DNA of 64,000 nucleotides, from IMG/VR virus record IMGVR_UViG_2561511128_000006, positions 8,418-72,417 of that record, one strand, 5' to 3'. The notes under the pieces were generated by a model. The model saw only the letters and a program-made list of their open reading frames with translations. It did not search any database and had not been told where the DNA came from. This document shows, piece by piece, positions 17,396 to 27,835 of this stretch. A program made the translations under genes and the position numbers. The number at the start of each line of letters is the position of its first letter. Positions within the stretch are counted from its first letter, which is position 1. Source of the DNA: a virus (lineage: Duplodnaviria > Caudoviricetes).

Positions 17396-18851
17396 CCCAG
17401 CCATCCTTTCCGATATCCGGAAGGCGTTGGCCCGGAGCTGTCTCGCGGCCTTCGTGCGCTACACCATGCCCGGCTACCGCATGGGATGGGTGCATGAGGA
17501 AATCTGTTCCGAGCTAGACGCCTTCCTTGCCGATGTCGTAGCCGGGCGTTCCCCGCGCCTCATGCTGACCATGCCGCCCCGCCACGGGAAAAGCGAGCTC
17601 GCCTCCCGACGTTTCCCGGCTTACGCCTTGGGCCGTTATCCTGATCTATCCGTCATTTCAACGAGCTACGCCGCCGACCTGTCCTCGCGCATGAACCGCG
17701 ACGTCCAGCGTGTCATCGACAGTCCGGAATACCGGGAACTCTTTCCCGGCACGGCGCTGTACGGCAAGAACATCCGCACCGTGGGGAACGGTTCCTACCT
17801 CCGCAATTCAGATATATTCGAGGTAGTGGGGCACGCTGGATGCTACCGTTCCGCTGGCGTGGGCGGCGGCATCACGGGCATGGGCGGGCATATCGTCATC
17901 GTCGACGACCCATTCAAAGACCGGGCATCCGCCGATTCCCCGACCATCCGCCAGAACGTCTGGGACTGGTACACGTCCACGCTGTACACGCGCCTCGCGC
18001 CCGGCGGGGGGGTTCTCATTATCAATACGCGCTGGCACATGGCCGACCTTTCCGGGCGGCTGCTTGAGGCCGCCGCACGGGGGGAGGGCGACCACTGGCG
18101 TGTGGTGGACTTCCCCGCCATCGCCACGGCGGACGAGCCACATCGTAAGGCCGGGGAAGCCCTGCACCCGGAACGTTACCCGCTGAGCCAGCTCCTTGCC
18201 ATTAAGAAAGCCCTCGGCACACGCGACTGGGAGGCCCTGTACCAGCAGCGGCCTACGCCCGACGGCGGCGCCATTTTCAAATCCGAGTGGTTGCGCTTCT
18301 GGCTCCCCAAAGATCTGCCAGAGCAGTTCGACCAGCTCCTTATCTCGTGGGATATGACGTTCAAGGACGGCGACGATACCGACTTTGTTGTGGGGCAGGT
18401 GTGGGGCCGCAAGGGGGCCGACCGCTACCTCCTCGATCAGGTCCGGCGGCGCATGGGATTTACGGATACGGTCGCCGCGTTCCGGGCGCTCGCCGCTAAA
18501 TGGCCCGGCGCAGCCCGTAAGCTGGTGGAGGATAAGGCCAACGGCCCGGCGGTTATCGACGCGCTGAAACATGCTGTGCCTGGTATCATCCCCGTGGAGC
18601 CGGACGGCAGCAAGACGGCCCGGGCCCATGCCGTGACCACGTTCTTCGAGGCCGGGAACGTCCTGCTCCCGCACCCTGAGCATTGCCCGTGGGCGCGGGA
18701 GTACGTCGCGGAACTGACACAGTTCCCCGGTGCGCCCCACGACGACCAAGTGGACGCCACAACACAGGCGCTGCGTGATTTCGATACCAAGCGGCCCATG
18801 TGCATCAACCCCGCCATCCTCAATCATCCACGTATGGGAAGGAGAATATAA
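17388..18851 (+). CDS. terL: Terminase large subunit
   Basis: MPPRHGKS Walker A, VIVDDP Walker B, SWD, VEDKANG, HDDQVDA nuclease motifs. Confidence 0.95.
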   Translation: MSSPAILSDIRKALARSCLAAFVRYTMPGYRMGWVHEEICSELDAFLADVVAGRSPRLMLTMPPRHGKSELASRRFPAYALGRYPDLSVISTSYAADLSSRMNRDVQRVIDSPEYRELFPGTALYGKNIRTVGNGSYLRNSDIFEVVGHAGCYRSAGVGGGITGMGGHIVIVDDPFKDRASADSPTIRQNVWDWYTSTLYTRLAPGGGVLIINTRWHMADLSGRLLEAAARGEGDHWRVVDFPAIATADEPHRKAGEALHPERYPLSQLLAIKKALGTRDWEALYQQRPTPDGGAIFKSEWLRFWLPKDLPEQFDQLLISWDMTFKDGDDTDFVVGQVWGRKGADRYLLDQVRRRMGFTDTVAAFRALAAKWPGAARKLVEDKANGPAVIDALKHAVPGIIPVEPDGSKTARAHAVTTFFEAGNVLLPHPEHCPWAREYVAELTQFPGAPHDDQVDATTQALRDFDTKRPMCINPAILNHPRMGRRI

Positions 18852-18865
18852 ATGAATGTAAAGAG

Positions 18866-19612
18866 TTAGAGTCCTGCTTCTTGACATCTTTCCTTCACAA
18901 AAGGGTTCTCGTTACCTTGTAGTCTTTCAATACGTCTGGCCCGCGTGCATTCCCACGCATCAACCGGATACATCTTGTCCCATGCGTCCATGAGCTGCGT
19001 CTGCTGGCGGCTCATGCGGTAGCGCGGGGCATAGGCGTCGGCCATATACTTGTAGGTCCGGGCAATCTGTCCCCTCGCTCTGATAGGCGGCTCGGCCCTG
19101 CGGTCGGCGATCTTCATCCCGCAGCTTCCGAAGTCCGGCTCCTCGCCCGGCAACATCTGAAAGTTGTAGTTCTGGCGTAGGGCATTCACCGCGCCGATGG
19201 CCGGATACAGATTGTACAGGTCAGCCTGCATGAGCCTGTATTCCCGGCTGACCTTCTCGGCGCACTTGCGGCCTTTGAACGCCTTTCCCCTGTTGTCCAC
19301 GCACTGCGCGTCGCCCTCGCGCCACTCCGCGAACGCCTGCCCGAAGTTCTCGGCGGGGACCACGTGTTCCCATTCCACCTTCCCGGCCCGCTTCTCGTGC
19401 TTCGCGGCAGTAAAACCCTCCGGCAGGGTGACGTTCTTCTTCTCGTCGAACGCCGCCCCGCAGTAGAGCGTGATCCGATGGTCATAATAGACCTGCCGTT
19501 CCAGCGTCTTCTTGGCCTTGCTGAACGAATCGTTCCATTCGTTGCCCGCGGCCTGCGCCTCGGACGTCATAACCAGCGCGGCCAGCAGAAACACCATGAT
19601 GCTTTTGTACAT
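18866..19612 (-). CDS. Secreted endonuclease I (EndA/Vvn/Dns family)
   Basis: Signal peptide, TLYCG, VEWEHVVPA, DLYNLYPAIGAVN, RGQIARTYKYM, GNENPF. Confidence 0.93.
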   Translation of the reverse strand: MYKSIMVFLLAALVMTSEAQAAGNEWNDSFSKAKKTLERQVYYDHRITLYCGAAFDEKKNVTLPEGFTAAKHEKRAGKVEWEHVVPAENFGQAFAEWREGDAQCVDNRGKAFKGRKCAEKVSREYRLMQADLYNLYPAIGAVNALRQNYNFQMLPGEEPDFGSCGMKIADRRAEPPIRARGQIARTYKYMADAYAPRYRMSRQQTQLMDAWDKMYPVDAWECTRARRIERLQGNENPFVKERCQEAGL

Positions 19613-19637
19613 GCGGATACCTCCCTAAAGGTATCCA

Positions 19638-19666
19638 TGTATATAGATTAATCTATATTGATACAA
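19638..19666 (-). promoter_or_regulatory. Promoter of the endonuclease I moron, overlapped by an 18-bp palindrome
   Basis: TTGTAT-17-TATACA; ATATAGATTAATCTATAT at 19641-19658. Confidence 0.6.
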
Positions 19667-19696
19667 TATGAAAGGTGTCCCACAGCCAAGCCCCCC

Positions 19697-19740
19697 GAAC
19701 CTTGTTCACGGTGTGTTTTCTTTTTGGCTCGTAGCATTAT
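19697..19740 (+). promoter_or_regulatory. Late-promoter motif copy 2
   Basis: GAACCTTGTTCACGGT then CATTAT 22 nt later; upstream of the portal. Confidence 0.75.
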
Positions 19741-19746
19741 GGGCAC

Positions 19747-21933
19747 ATGAGCAAGAAGCGCACTTATCGACACGCCACCTCCATACCTCAAGTGCAACCG
19801 TCGCGCCGTCTGAATCTCTCCCCGGACGTGCGCGGCGGCCTTGCTCAGCCTTTGCCGCCTACGCCCGACGACATCAGCAGGCTGTACGGCCCAGCGAAGA
19901 CGCTCGGCGCGCCCGAAGAGGTGCAGCTTGCGATGGATGCGCGGCTTGCGGATTCCGGCGTCTATTCCCTGCTTCAACACTCGCTTGAGCTCGGATTCGG
20001 GATTGCCCCTCAATTCATGGGGTACGGCGTCCTCCAGAATCTTGCCCAGAACGGATTGATCCGTGCCTGTGTCGAGACGGTATCGGACGATATGACTCGA
20101 GCGTGGATTGAGTTCAAGCGCGAAGGGGAGGGCGGCGACGAATCATTGCTCACCGACCTTGCGCAGGCGTGCAAGAGGTTCGCACTGCAACGCCTTTTCC
20201 ATGAGGCGACCGAGCTTGTGGGGTACGAGGGCGGGGCCTTCCTTTTCATCGACACCGGAGCAGTCGGGGAAGAGCTGGAACGCCCGCTGAACGTCAGCCC
20301 GTATTCCGCCGAACTCAGGCCCGGCGGCGTGCTGCGCTTCGTCGTCATCGACCCCGTGAACGTCTTCCCCGGAGACTACAACAGCCTTTCGCCGCTTGAG
20401 CCGGACTACTTCCGCCCGCGCTGGTGGTGGGTGCTCGGGCAGCGGGTGCACGCCTCGCGCCTCATCCGATTGGTTGCGAACGAATGCCCGGTGCTGCTGC
20501 GGCCCGCCTACAATTTTTTGGGCATCCCGCAGGCGCAGATCCTCTGGGATTACGTCCTGCATTTTCAGGAATGCCGCGCCGCCGAAGCCCGGCTACTGAC
20601 CAAGTTTTCGCTGACCGTCTTCAAGACGAAGATGGAAGACATCCTGTACTCAGCCGGGGGCACCGCTCAGATCGATACCCGCATCCGGTACATGATTCAG
20701 ACCATGACCAATGACGGCGTGCTTGCCGTCGACAAAGAATCGGAAGACGTGGTCAAGCTGGAAACCCCGCTTTCAGGCGTGACCGACATCGTGCGCCAGT
20801 CCCTTGAAATCCTCGCCGCCCTGAACCGCACTCCGGCGGTCAAGCTGCTTGGCATCAGCCCGTCAGGGTTCAATGCCACGGGCGAATCGGACATCCGCAA
20901 CTACTACGACCATATTACGAGCCAGCAGGAGAAAGTCCTGCGCGACGGCATCAAGAAGGCGCTCGACTGTATCCAGCTCTACCTGCGCGGAACCATCGAC
21001 CCTTCCGTGACTTTTGACTTCGCGCCCCTCGGCGAAGAGGATAGGGCGGCCCTTGCGACGCTCCAGAAGACCAAGGCCGACACCATCGCCGTCTACATGG
21101 ATCGGGACATCATCTCTCAGGAAGAAGCCCGGCAATCCCTTGCCAGTGACCCGGACAGCGGCTTCTCCGACATCGACCCGGCGGAAGTGCCGCAGGGCAA
21201 TGGAATGCCTGATGCCCTGCCGGAAGCCGGGGAAGAGGGCTTGATGCCCGACATCGACGATGTGGACAAGGCCGGGGCCGTCTACGACGCCGCGTGGGAC
21301 GAGGATGTCTGGCGTACCGCCGAGAACGGCAAACGGTATCAGATCGACACTGAAACCGGAGAGATCAAGAAGGGGAACGTGGGGCAGAAGTCATGGAATT
21401 CCGAACAAAAGCAGCACGAACGCAGGGATCGTATGGAAGATGCTCTGCGGGAAATAGCCAATGGGCGTCCGGAATCAACGATACCGCATCTCCGAAAGGA
21501 TCTTGAACGCTATGGGGGCACAAACGACGTCACTATTGTCAAGGGAGATGCAAGGAAAGGTCTTGTCCATATTGCTGACCGACATGGACACGCGGCTGTT
21601 GCCCATGTGCTGGAAGCTGTCGCCAACGGGGAAATAGATAGGTTCGTTCCGGGAAAGCAGACTGTACATATCCGCAAAGACGGCTATGAGGCCGTGCTCT
21701 CTCTTGAGGAGAACGGTAGGAAAAAAACATGGTTATTGACTGGATTTGATCTTCCCGGAGCGGGACAAAAAAAGAGGCCCACGGGTGACAGCGGCAAGGT
21801 TTGTACAAGACACGCTTCTACGCAGGCCGGGCCTATTCTTAGTCGTCCCGACATGGGAGCCGTAAGCCTCTTTAAAGACAGGATACTCCATCTCATGGAG
21901 CAAGTAAAGCCGGTGGAGATCCCGCGTGGCTAA
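19747..21933 (+). CDS. Portal protein (DUF1073-type) with C-terminal PBECR-like nuclease extension
   Basis: Position after terL, DUF1073-like core (G.SP.GFNATGESD..NYYD); extra ~215 aa with KGLVHIADRH and KTWLLTGFD. Confidence 0.88.
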   Translation: MSKKRTYRHATSIPQVQPSRRLNLSPDVRGGLAQPLPPTPDDISRLYGPAKTLGAPEEVQLAMDARLADSGVYSLLQHSLELGFGIAPQFMGYGVLQNLAQNGLIRACVETVSDDMTRAWIEFKREGEGGDESLLTDLAQACKRFALQRLFHEATELVGYEGGAFLFIDTGAVGEELERPLNVSPYSAELRPGGVLRFVVIDPVNVFPGDYNSLSPLEPDYFRPRWWWVLGQRVHASRLIRLVANECPVLLRPAYNFLGIPQAQILWDYVLHFQECRAAEARLLTKFSLTVFKTKMEDILYSAGGTAQIDTRIRYMIQTMTNDGVLAVDKESEDVVKLETPLSGVTDIVRQSLEILAALNRTPAVKLLGISPSGFNATGESDIRNYYDHITSQQEKVLRDGIKKALDCIQLYLRGTIDPSVTFDFAPLGEEDRAALATLQKTKADTIAVYMDRDIISQEEARQSLASDPDSGFSDIDPAEVPQGNGMPDALPEAGEEGLMPDIDDVDKAGAVYDAAWDEDVWRTAENGKRYQIDTETGEIKKGNVGQKSWNSEQKQHERRDRMEDALREIANGRPESTIPHLRKDLERYGGTNDVTIVKGDARKGLVHIADRHGHAAVAHVLEAVANGEIDRFVPGKQTVHIRKDGYEAVLSLEENGRKKTWLLTGFDLPGAGQKKRPTGDSGKVCTRHASTQAGPILSRPDMGAVSLFKDRILHLMEQVKPVEIPRG

Positions 21934-22708
21934 AACCCTTCGAGCCATCAAGCCCAACGCGGGCATCCGGGCGAAATACCGCAAACGGCTGGTGTCCCTC
22001 CTCGACGAAATGCAGCGTTCCGTCGTGTGGTGGATACGCGCTGAGTATCGGCAGCAGGAAACTCGGATAGCACAAGATGCATCCCCGGCGAGTGACCTGC
22101 AAAACCGCCTCAAGCGCCTGTTCCGGTACTGGACGAAGCGGTGGAGGGAAAGCGCGGAGAGTTTTGCACGGGAGTTCGTGGGCAGTACGAGGCGGCGCAC
22201 GGAAGCCAGCATGAGGCAGGCCCTCAAAGATGCGGGCTTCACGGTGAGGATGGAGGGAAGCAGGGCCATGAGCGACGTGGCGCGGGCCCTCTTCGAGGAA
22301 AATGTCAATCTCATCAAATCCATTCCGCAGCACTATTTCACGGAAGTGACGGGGCTAGTACAGCGTTCCGCCAGCATGGGCCGGGACGTGGAGTTCCTCG
22401 CCGACGAACTGCACAAGCGGTACGAGATCACCCGGCGCCGGGCAGAATTCATTGCCCGCGACCAGTCCAATAAGGCGACCGAGGCCCTTAAGCGGGTACA
22501 GGACAAGGAACTCGGCATCACCGAAGGCATCTGGGTACATGTGCCGGGAAAGAAAACGAGCCGCCATACCCACCAGCTCATGAATGGGAAAAAGTTCGTC
22601 ATCACGGAAGGTCTTTACGACTCTGACGTGAAGCGCAAAGTGCTTTGCGGTGAGCTTCCGGGGTGCCAATGCACGTACCGGGCCGTTATTCCTGAATTTG
22701 GAGACTAG
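21926..22708 (+). CDS. MuF/SPP1 gp7-like head morphogenesis protein
   Basis: RAEFIARDQSNK, W.H...R..H, PGCQC motifs. Confidence 0.88.
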   Translation: MAKTLRAIKPNAGIRAKYRKRLVSLLDEMQRSVVWWIRAEYRQQETRIAQDASPASDLQNRLKRLFRYWTKRWRESAESFAREFVGSTRRRTEASMRQALKDAGFTVRMEGSRAMSDVARALFEENVNLIKSIPQHYFTEVTGLVQRSASMGRDVEFLADELHKRYEITRRRAEFIARDQSNKATEALKRVQDKELGITEGIWVHVPGKKTSRHTHQLMNGKKFVITEGLYDSDVKRKVLCGELPGCQCTYRAVIPEFGD

Positions 22709-24424
<1,716 letters not shown>

Positions 24425-24434
24425 GAGGCACACC

Positions 24435-25073
24435 ATGCCTTTGCAGTCCCAAGTCAATCTTTCCGTCGCTCCCGGCGTTGCGGGCGATAAAGCGACGCCC
24501 GACCAGAGCATCTACACCCCGCTCAACCCTCTGGCGGCGGTGGCCCTCCCTGTGGGGCGCTTCGTCTTCCCTGTCGTGGATTCCGGCGTGATCGACAACA
24601 CGCGGGCCACCAACGTCGCGGGCACCGCCACAGCCGTGCTCGGCTTCGTGGAGCGCGTCATCAACTACGTGAACTATGAACTGCTTTCTGACGGCACCCT
24701 GACTGTCCCGGCAGGCTCGAACCTCACCGCGGCTGTGAAGGGCGACTATTGGGCCGTTTCAACGACCAAGGCCACGGTGGGGCAGGCCGTCCTTGCCTCC
24801 ACCGCTGACGGTTCAATCAGCACCGGGACCCCCGACGGGACGCACCTCGATACGGGGTGGGTCGTCAAGACGCCAGGTGAAATCGGGGAACCGATCATCA
24901 TCAGCAATTGGGGACAGGCCGCAGCGTCGGGATCCGGCGGCGACACCTCGAACCTGATGCAGAAAGATTTCAGCAACGCCACCGGAGCGCTCGGCGTGGC
25001 CAACGGCGGAACTGGCGCAACCACTGCGGAACAGGCCCGCACCAACCTCGGCGCAGCCGCCGCCGGAGCGTAG
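24435..25073 (+). CDS. Head decoration / minor capsid protein
   Basis: Position before the MCP; GGAGG RBS; C-terminal GVANGGTGATTAEQARTNLG motif. Confidence 0.75.
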   Translation: MPLQSQVNLSVAPGVAGDKATPDQSIYTPLNPLAAVALPVGRFVFPVVDSGVIDNTRATNVAGTATAVLGFVERVINYVNYELLSDGTLTVPAGSNLTAAVKGDYWAVSTTKATVGQAVLASTADGSISTGTPDGTHLDTGWVVKTPGEIGEPIIISNWGQAAASGSGGDTSNLMQKDFSNATGALGVANGGTGATTAEQARTNLGAAAAGA

Positions 25074-25083
25074 GAGGTACTAC

Positions 25084-26097
25084 ATGAATCCGACTTTTGA
25101 ACAGGCCAAGCGCTACGGCTTTATCTTCCCGGGCGCCCGCATGTGGGCAACCCCGGAGAACCGCGCCCGCATTGCGCAGGACGCCGCGCTCATCACTACT
25201 CCGAACACGACCGTCCCCGCCGAGCTTCTGGCGTATATCGACCCGATGGTCATCGAAATCCTGACCGCGCCCCGGCGCGCCCGCGAAATCTTCGGCGAAG
25301 AGAAGAAGGGCGACTGGACGACCCCGTACATGAAGTGGCGCGTCGACGAAATGACCGGAAAGACCGAGCCGTATTCCGACTATGCCAACGGCACGACTTC
25401 GGGCGTGAACTCCGAATGGCAGACCCGCGTGCAGTACGTCTTCCAGACGTCCATCACCTACGGCGACTTTGAAGTGGACATGTCGAGCACGGCGAAAGTC
25501 AACCTCGCTGCCTCCAAGCAGCGCGCGGCGGCCAACGTCATCGACATCGACCAGAACCGTTTCTACCTGCTCGGCGTCGCCGGGAAGGAAATCTACGGTA
25601 TCCTCAACGATCCGAACCTCCCTGCTGCGATCACCGCAGGGGCCACGGGCACGGGCGGCTCCACGAAATGGGCCGACAAGACCACGGTGCAGATCTACAA
25701 TGACGTCCTCGCCCTGTTCGCGCAGCTTTCCGAGCAGTCCAGCGGCCTCATTGACAAGGACACGCCCCTCAAGCTCTGCCTCTCCCCCGAACTGGCCGTT
25801 CGCCTCGGCGCGGCTACCGATTTCAACGTGTCCGTGCTGGATATGTTGAAGCGGTACTTCACCCGCATTGACATCGTGACCGTCCCCGAGCTGCACAGCA
25901 TGACCGCCGGGGAAACCATGTTCCTCATCGCCCCCGAAGTGAACGGGCAGCGATCCGGCACGCTGGCCTTCGGAGAAAAGATGCGTGCCGGACGCGTCGT
26001 GCCCGACCTGTCCAGCTTCCGCCAGAAGTTCGTCGGCACCACCTACGGCGGTATCGTGCTCATGCCCTTTGCCTTTGCCCAAATGACTGGAGCCTAG
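25084..26097 (+). CDS. Major capsid protein (DUF2184-type)
   Basis: 337 aa, YGILNDPN motif, position in the head module. Confidence 0.88.
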   Translation: MNPTFEQAKRYGFIFPGARMWATPENRARIAQDAALITTPNTTVPAELLAYIDPMVIEILTAPRRAREIFGEEKKGDWTTPYMKWRVDEMTGKTEPYSDYANGTTSGVNSEWQTRVQYVFQTSITYGDFEVDMSSTAKVNLAASKQRAAANVIDIDQNRFYLLGVAGKEIYGILNDPNLPAAITAGATGTGGSTKWADKTTVQIYNDVLALFAQLSEQSSGLIDKDTPLKLCLSPELAVRLGAATDFNVSVLDMLKRYFTRIDIVTVPELHSMTAGETMFLIAPEVNGQRSGTLAFGEKMRAGRVVPDLSSFRQKFVGTTYGGIVLMPFAFAQMTGA

Positions 26098-26118
26098 TCC
26101 CATCCTTCCCTCCATGCG

Positions 26119-26158
26119 AAAGCCCCAACCGCCTGTTTAACGGTTGGGGCTTCTTTGC
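26119..26158 (+). terminator. Rho-independent terminator after the MCP
   Basis: GCCCCAACCG/CGGTTGGGGC stem + TTCTTT. Confidence 0.75.
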
Positions 26159-26314
26159 ATCTTTGGGCTCTGCTCAGTAATGATAACTTCTGTCCTCTAC
26201 ATGCAAAAAGTAAGCAGAAATGCGCCTCGGTGTTCTGATAGTCGTTCTTTGACAAGGGAATAGGGAAAGGATAGAAAACCGCTGTGGGGCACTCTCCTGA
26301 AAGGAGGGTACTCC

Positions 26315-26401
26315 ATGCGACACTTCCTCCGGGACGTCGCTGTCCAAGTGATTGGCGGCGTCATTGTGGCTGTGGTGATTCGGTTCATGCTGAACCAATA
26401 A
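26315..26401 (+). CDS. Candidate type I TA toxin peptide (28 aa, MRHFLRDVAVQVIGGVIVAVVIRFMLNQ)
   Basis: AAAGGAGGG RBS able to pair with upstream CTCCT; single TM; structured 3' UTR. Confidence 0.75.
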   Translation: MRHFLRDVAVQVIGGVIVAVVIRFMLNQ

Positions 26402-26479
26402 CGCAGTTGCCCCGGTAGGAGGTGCGAACTCCAACCGGGGCGCAAACTTGAGATGATCAATCTCGGGAGGGTGTCCCAC

Positions 26480-26520
26480 GGGGCGGCAGGTGTGTCACCA
26501 CTTGCCGCCCTTCCTTTTTT
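26480..26520 (+). terminator. Terminator of the candidate toxin mRNA
   Basis: GGGCGGCAGG/ACTTGCCGCCC stem + TTCCTTTTTT. Confidence 0.7.
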
Positions 26521-26551
26521 CAATAGCCATTCCCGTGCTCGGGGTCAAGGG

Positions 26552-27478
26552 CTATCCTAGCATCAACCTGTTCGCGGTCTTCGCGGCACGGATGGCCGCT
26601 CTCATTTCCGAGATTCCCGCGTCAATCCACGTCTGGGCGTTGTACGAGTTGGACTGTAGGATGCCGAGAAGCGGATCCTTCGAGATGTTCTGCTGGGAAC
26701 ATACCCGGTTCAGCAGTTCGGGATAAGTGCTCTCCTTGACGCGCAAGAGCTCGTTGACGAATCGGTGGAGCCGGGAGCGGGTTTCCCCCGCGAATTCGAT
26801 CCATTCCTCTTCGAGGCGGTCGAGGGCCGCGATGCGGGCGGCGTAGACGCTGGAGGCGGGAAGCGCAGGGTACGGAATCGCGGATTCCGCCGTGGGTATG
26901 GCATTGATGGCGCGGACACGGACGGAAAGCAGGAACTCGCGGGCCTCGGGCATAAGCCGGGCCGGGAGCTGACTGTATTCCGCGATGCGGAAGTGGCGGT
27001 TGTGCTTCGCCCATATCTCGGCGCGGGCCTTGCCCTGCACGGCGGCGGGGTATGTCGAGAGCTTGGCGTCTACGATGAGCTTGAGCTCGGCACGTTCCGC
27101 CGCACTGATCAGCTCGTCGTTGAGCGTCACAGGCTGTTCAACGGGCACCCTGTCGCCGTACTGCTCGATGACGTCCAGCACCCACTTGCGGAATGCCTTT
27201 GCTACCGGAGTCCGGGCGAACATGGCGAGGAGGTGGCAGCCGCGAAGTGAGAAGATGCGGGCGCGACCCTCAGCCCCGTTTTGGGGCTGTGCGGTAATTT
27301 CAACTAGTTGCGTCATGTCTGGCGTGAATTCATCGGCGTTATTTCGGTAAAGACGCGAAACTTGATTTTCGCGTCCATACCCAAGAGCTCGTGCGAGTTC
27401 TGTAGCGCGAATCCAAGGCTGATTGCCGCGAGTTATGGGGGAGAAAGTGAAATCGTTGAAGCAAAGAGAATGAGACAT
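26552..27478 (-). CDS. BRO-N-domain antirepressor (copy A)
   Basis: ELARALGY...RIFSLRGCHLLAMFARTPVAKAFRKWVLDV; AGGAG RBS before MSHSLCF. Confidence 0.88.
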   Translation of the reverse strand: MSHSLCFNDFTFSPITRGNQPWIRATELARALGYGRENQVSRLYRNNADEFTPDMTQLVEITAQPQNGAEGRARIFSLRGCHLLAMFARTPVAKAFRKWVLDVIEQYGDRVPVEQPVTLNDELISAAERAELKLIVDAKLSTYPAAVQGKARAEIWAKHNRHFRIAEYSQLPARLMPEAREFLLSVRVRAINAIPTAESAIPYPALPASSVYAARIAALDRLEEEWIEFAGETRSRLHRFVNELLRVKESTYPELLNRVCSQQNISKDPLLGILQSNSYNAQTWIDAGISEMRAAIRAAKTANRLMLG

Positions 27479-27521
27479 AACCAACTCCTACTGTTAAGAG
27501 TTGGCATCGCCGATGAATGAC

Positions 27522-27603
27522 GATGCCGGGTGTTCATCACCGCCAGTAGGAGCGGCTCCCTGCCTTTAGCTTACGCTTGGACATATCAGGGACACCCGGC
27601 ATC
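27522..27603 (-). ncRNA. C4-like antisense RNA (copy A), about 82 nt
   Basis: 12-bp closing stem GATGCCGGGTGT/ACACCCGGCATC; loop CCTACTG and segment GTGATGAAC complementary to flanking targets. Confidence 0.72.
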
Positions 27604-27835
27604 AGGAAGATGCAAGTATAGCAGAAAACCAAAGTCAAAAAGAGTCTTGACTTCGGCAAAAGGGCACAAAAAGAGCCATACTATCGGGTGGCGTTGTCCG
27701 CCTACTGTTGGTGTGATGAGCACCGTAGAAAAAAGACAGCACAAAACGCGAAAAATGTAAAGAGAAAAGCAGTGGCGTTGCCCGCATCTGGATGTTCTTC
27801 ATCTGCATTGGCGGACAACGCCACGTTGGAAAGTT

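Noticed and set aside
27633-27653. AGTCAA-N8-TTGACT palindrome (also near 50026) as the prophage 2 CI operator
   Set aside because: Spacing and orientation differ from TTGAC-N4-GTCAA; it may bind another regulator, but is unsupported
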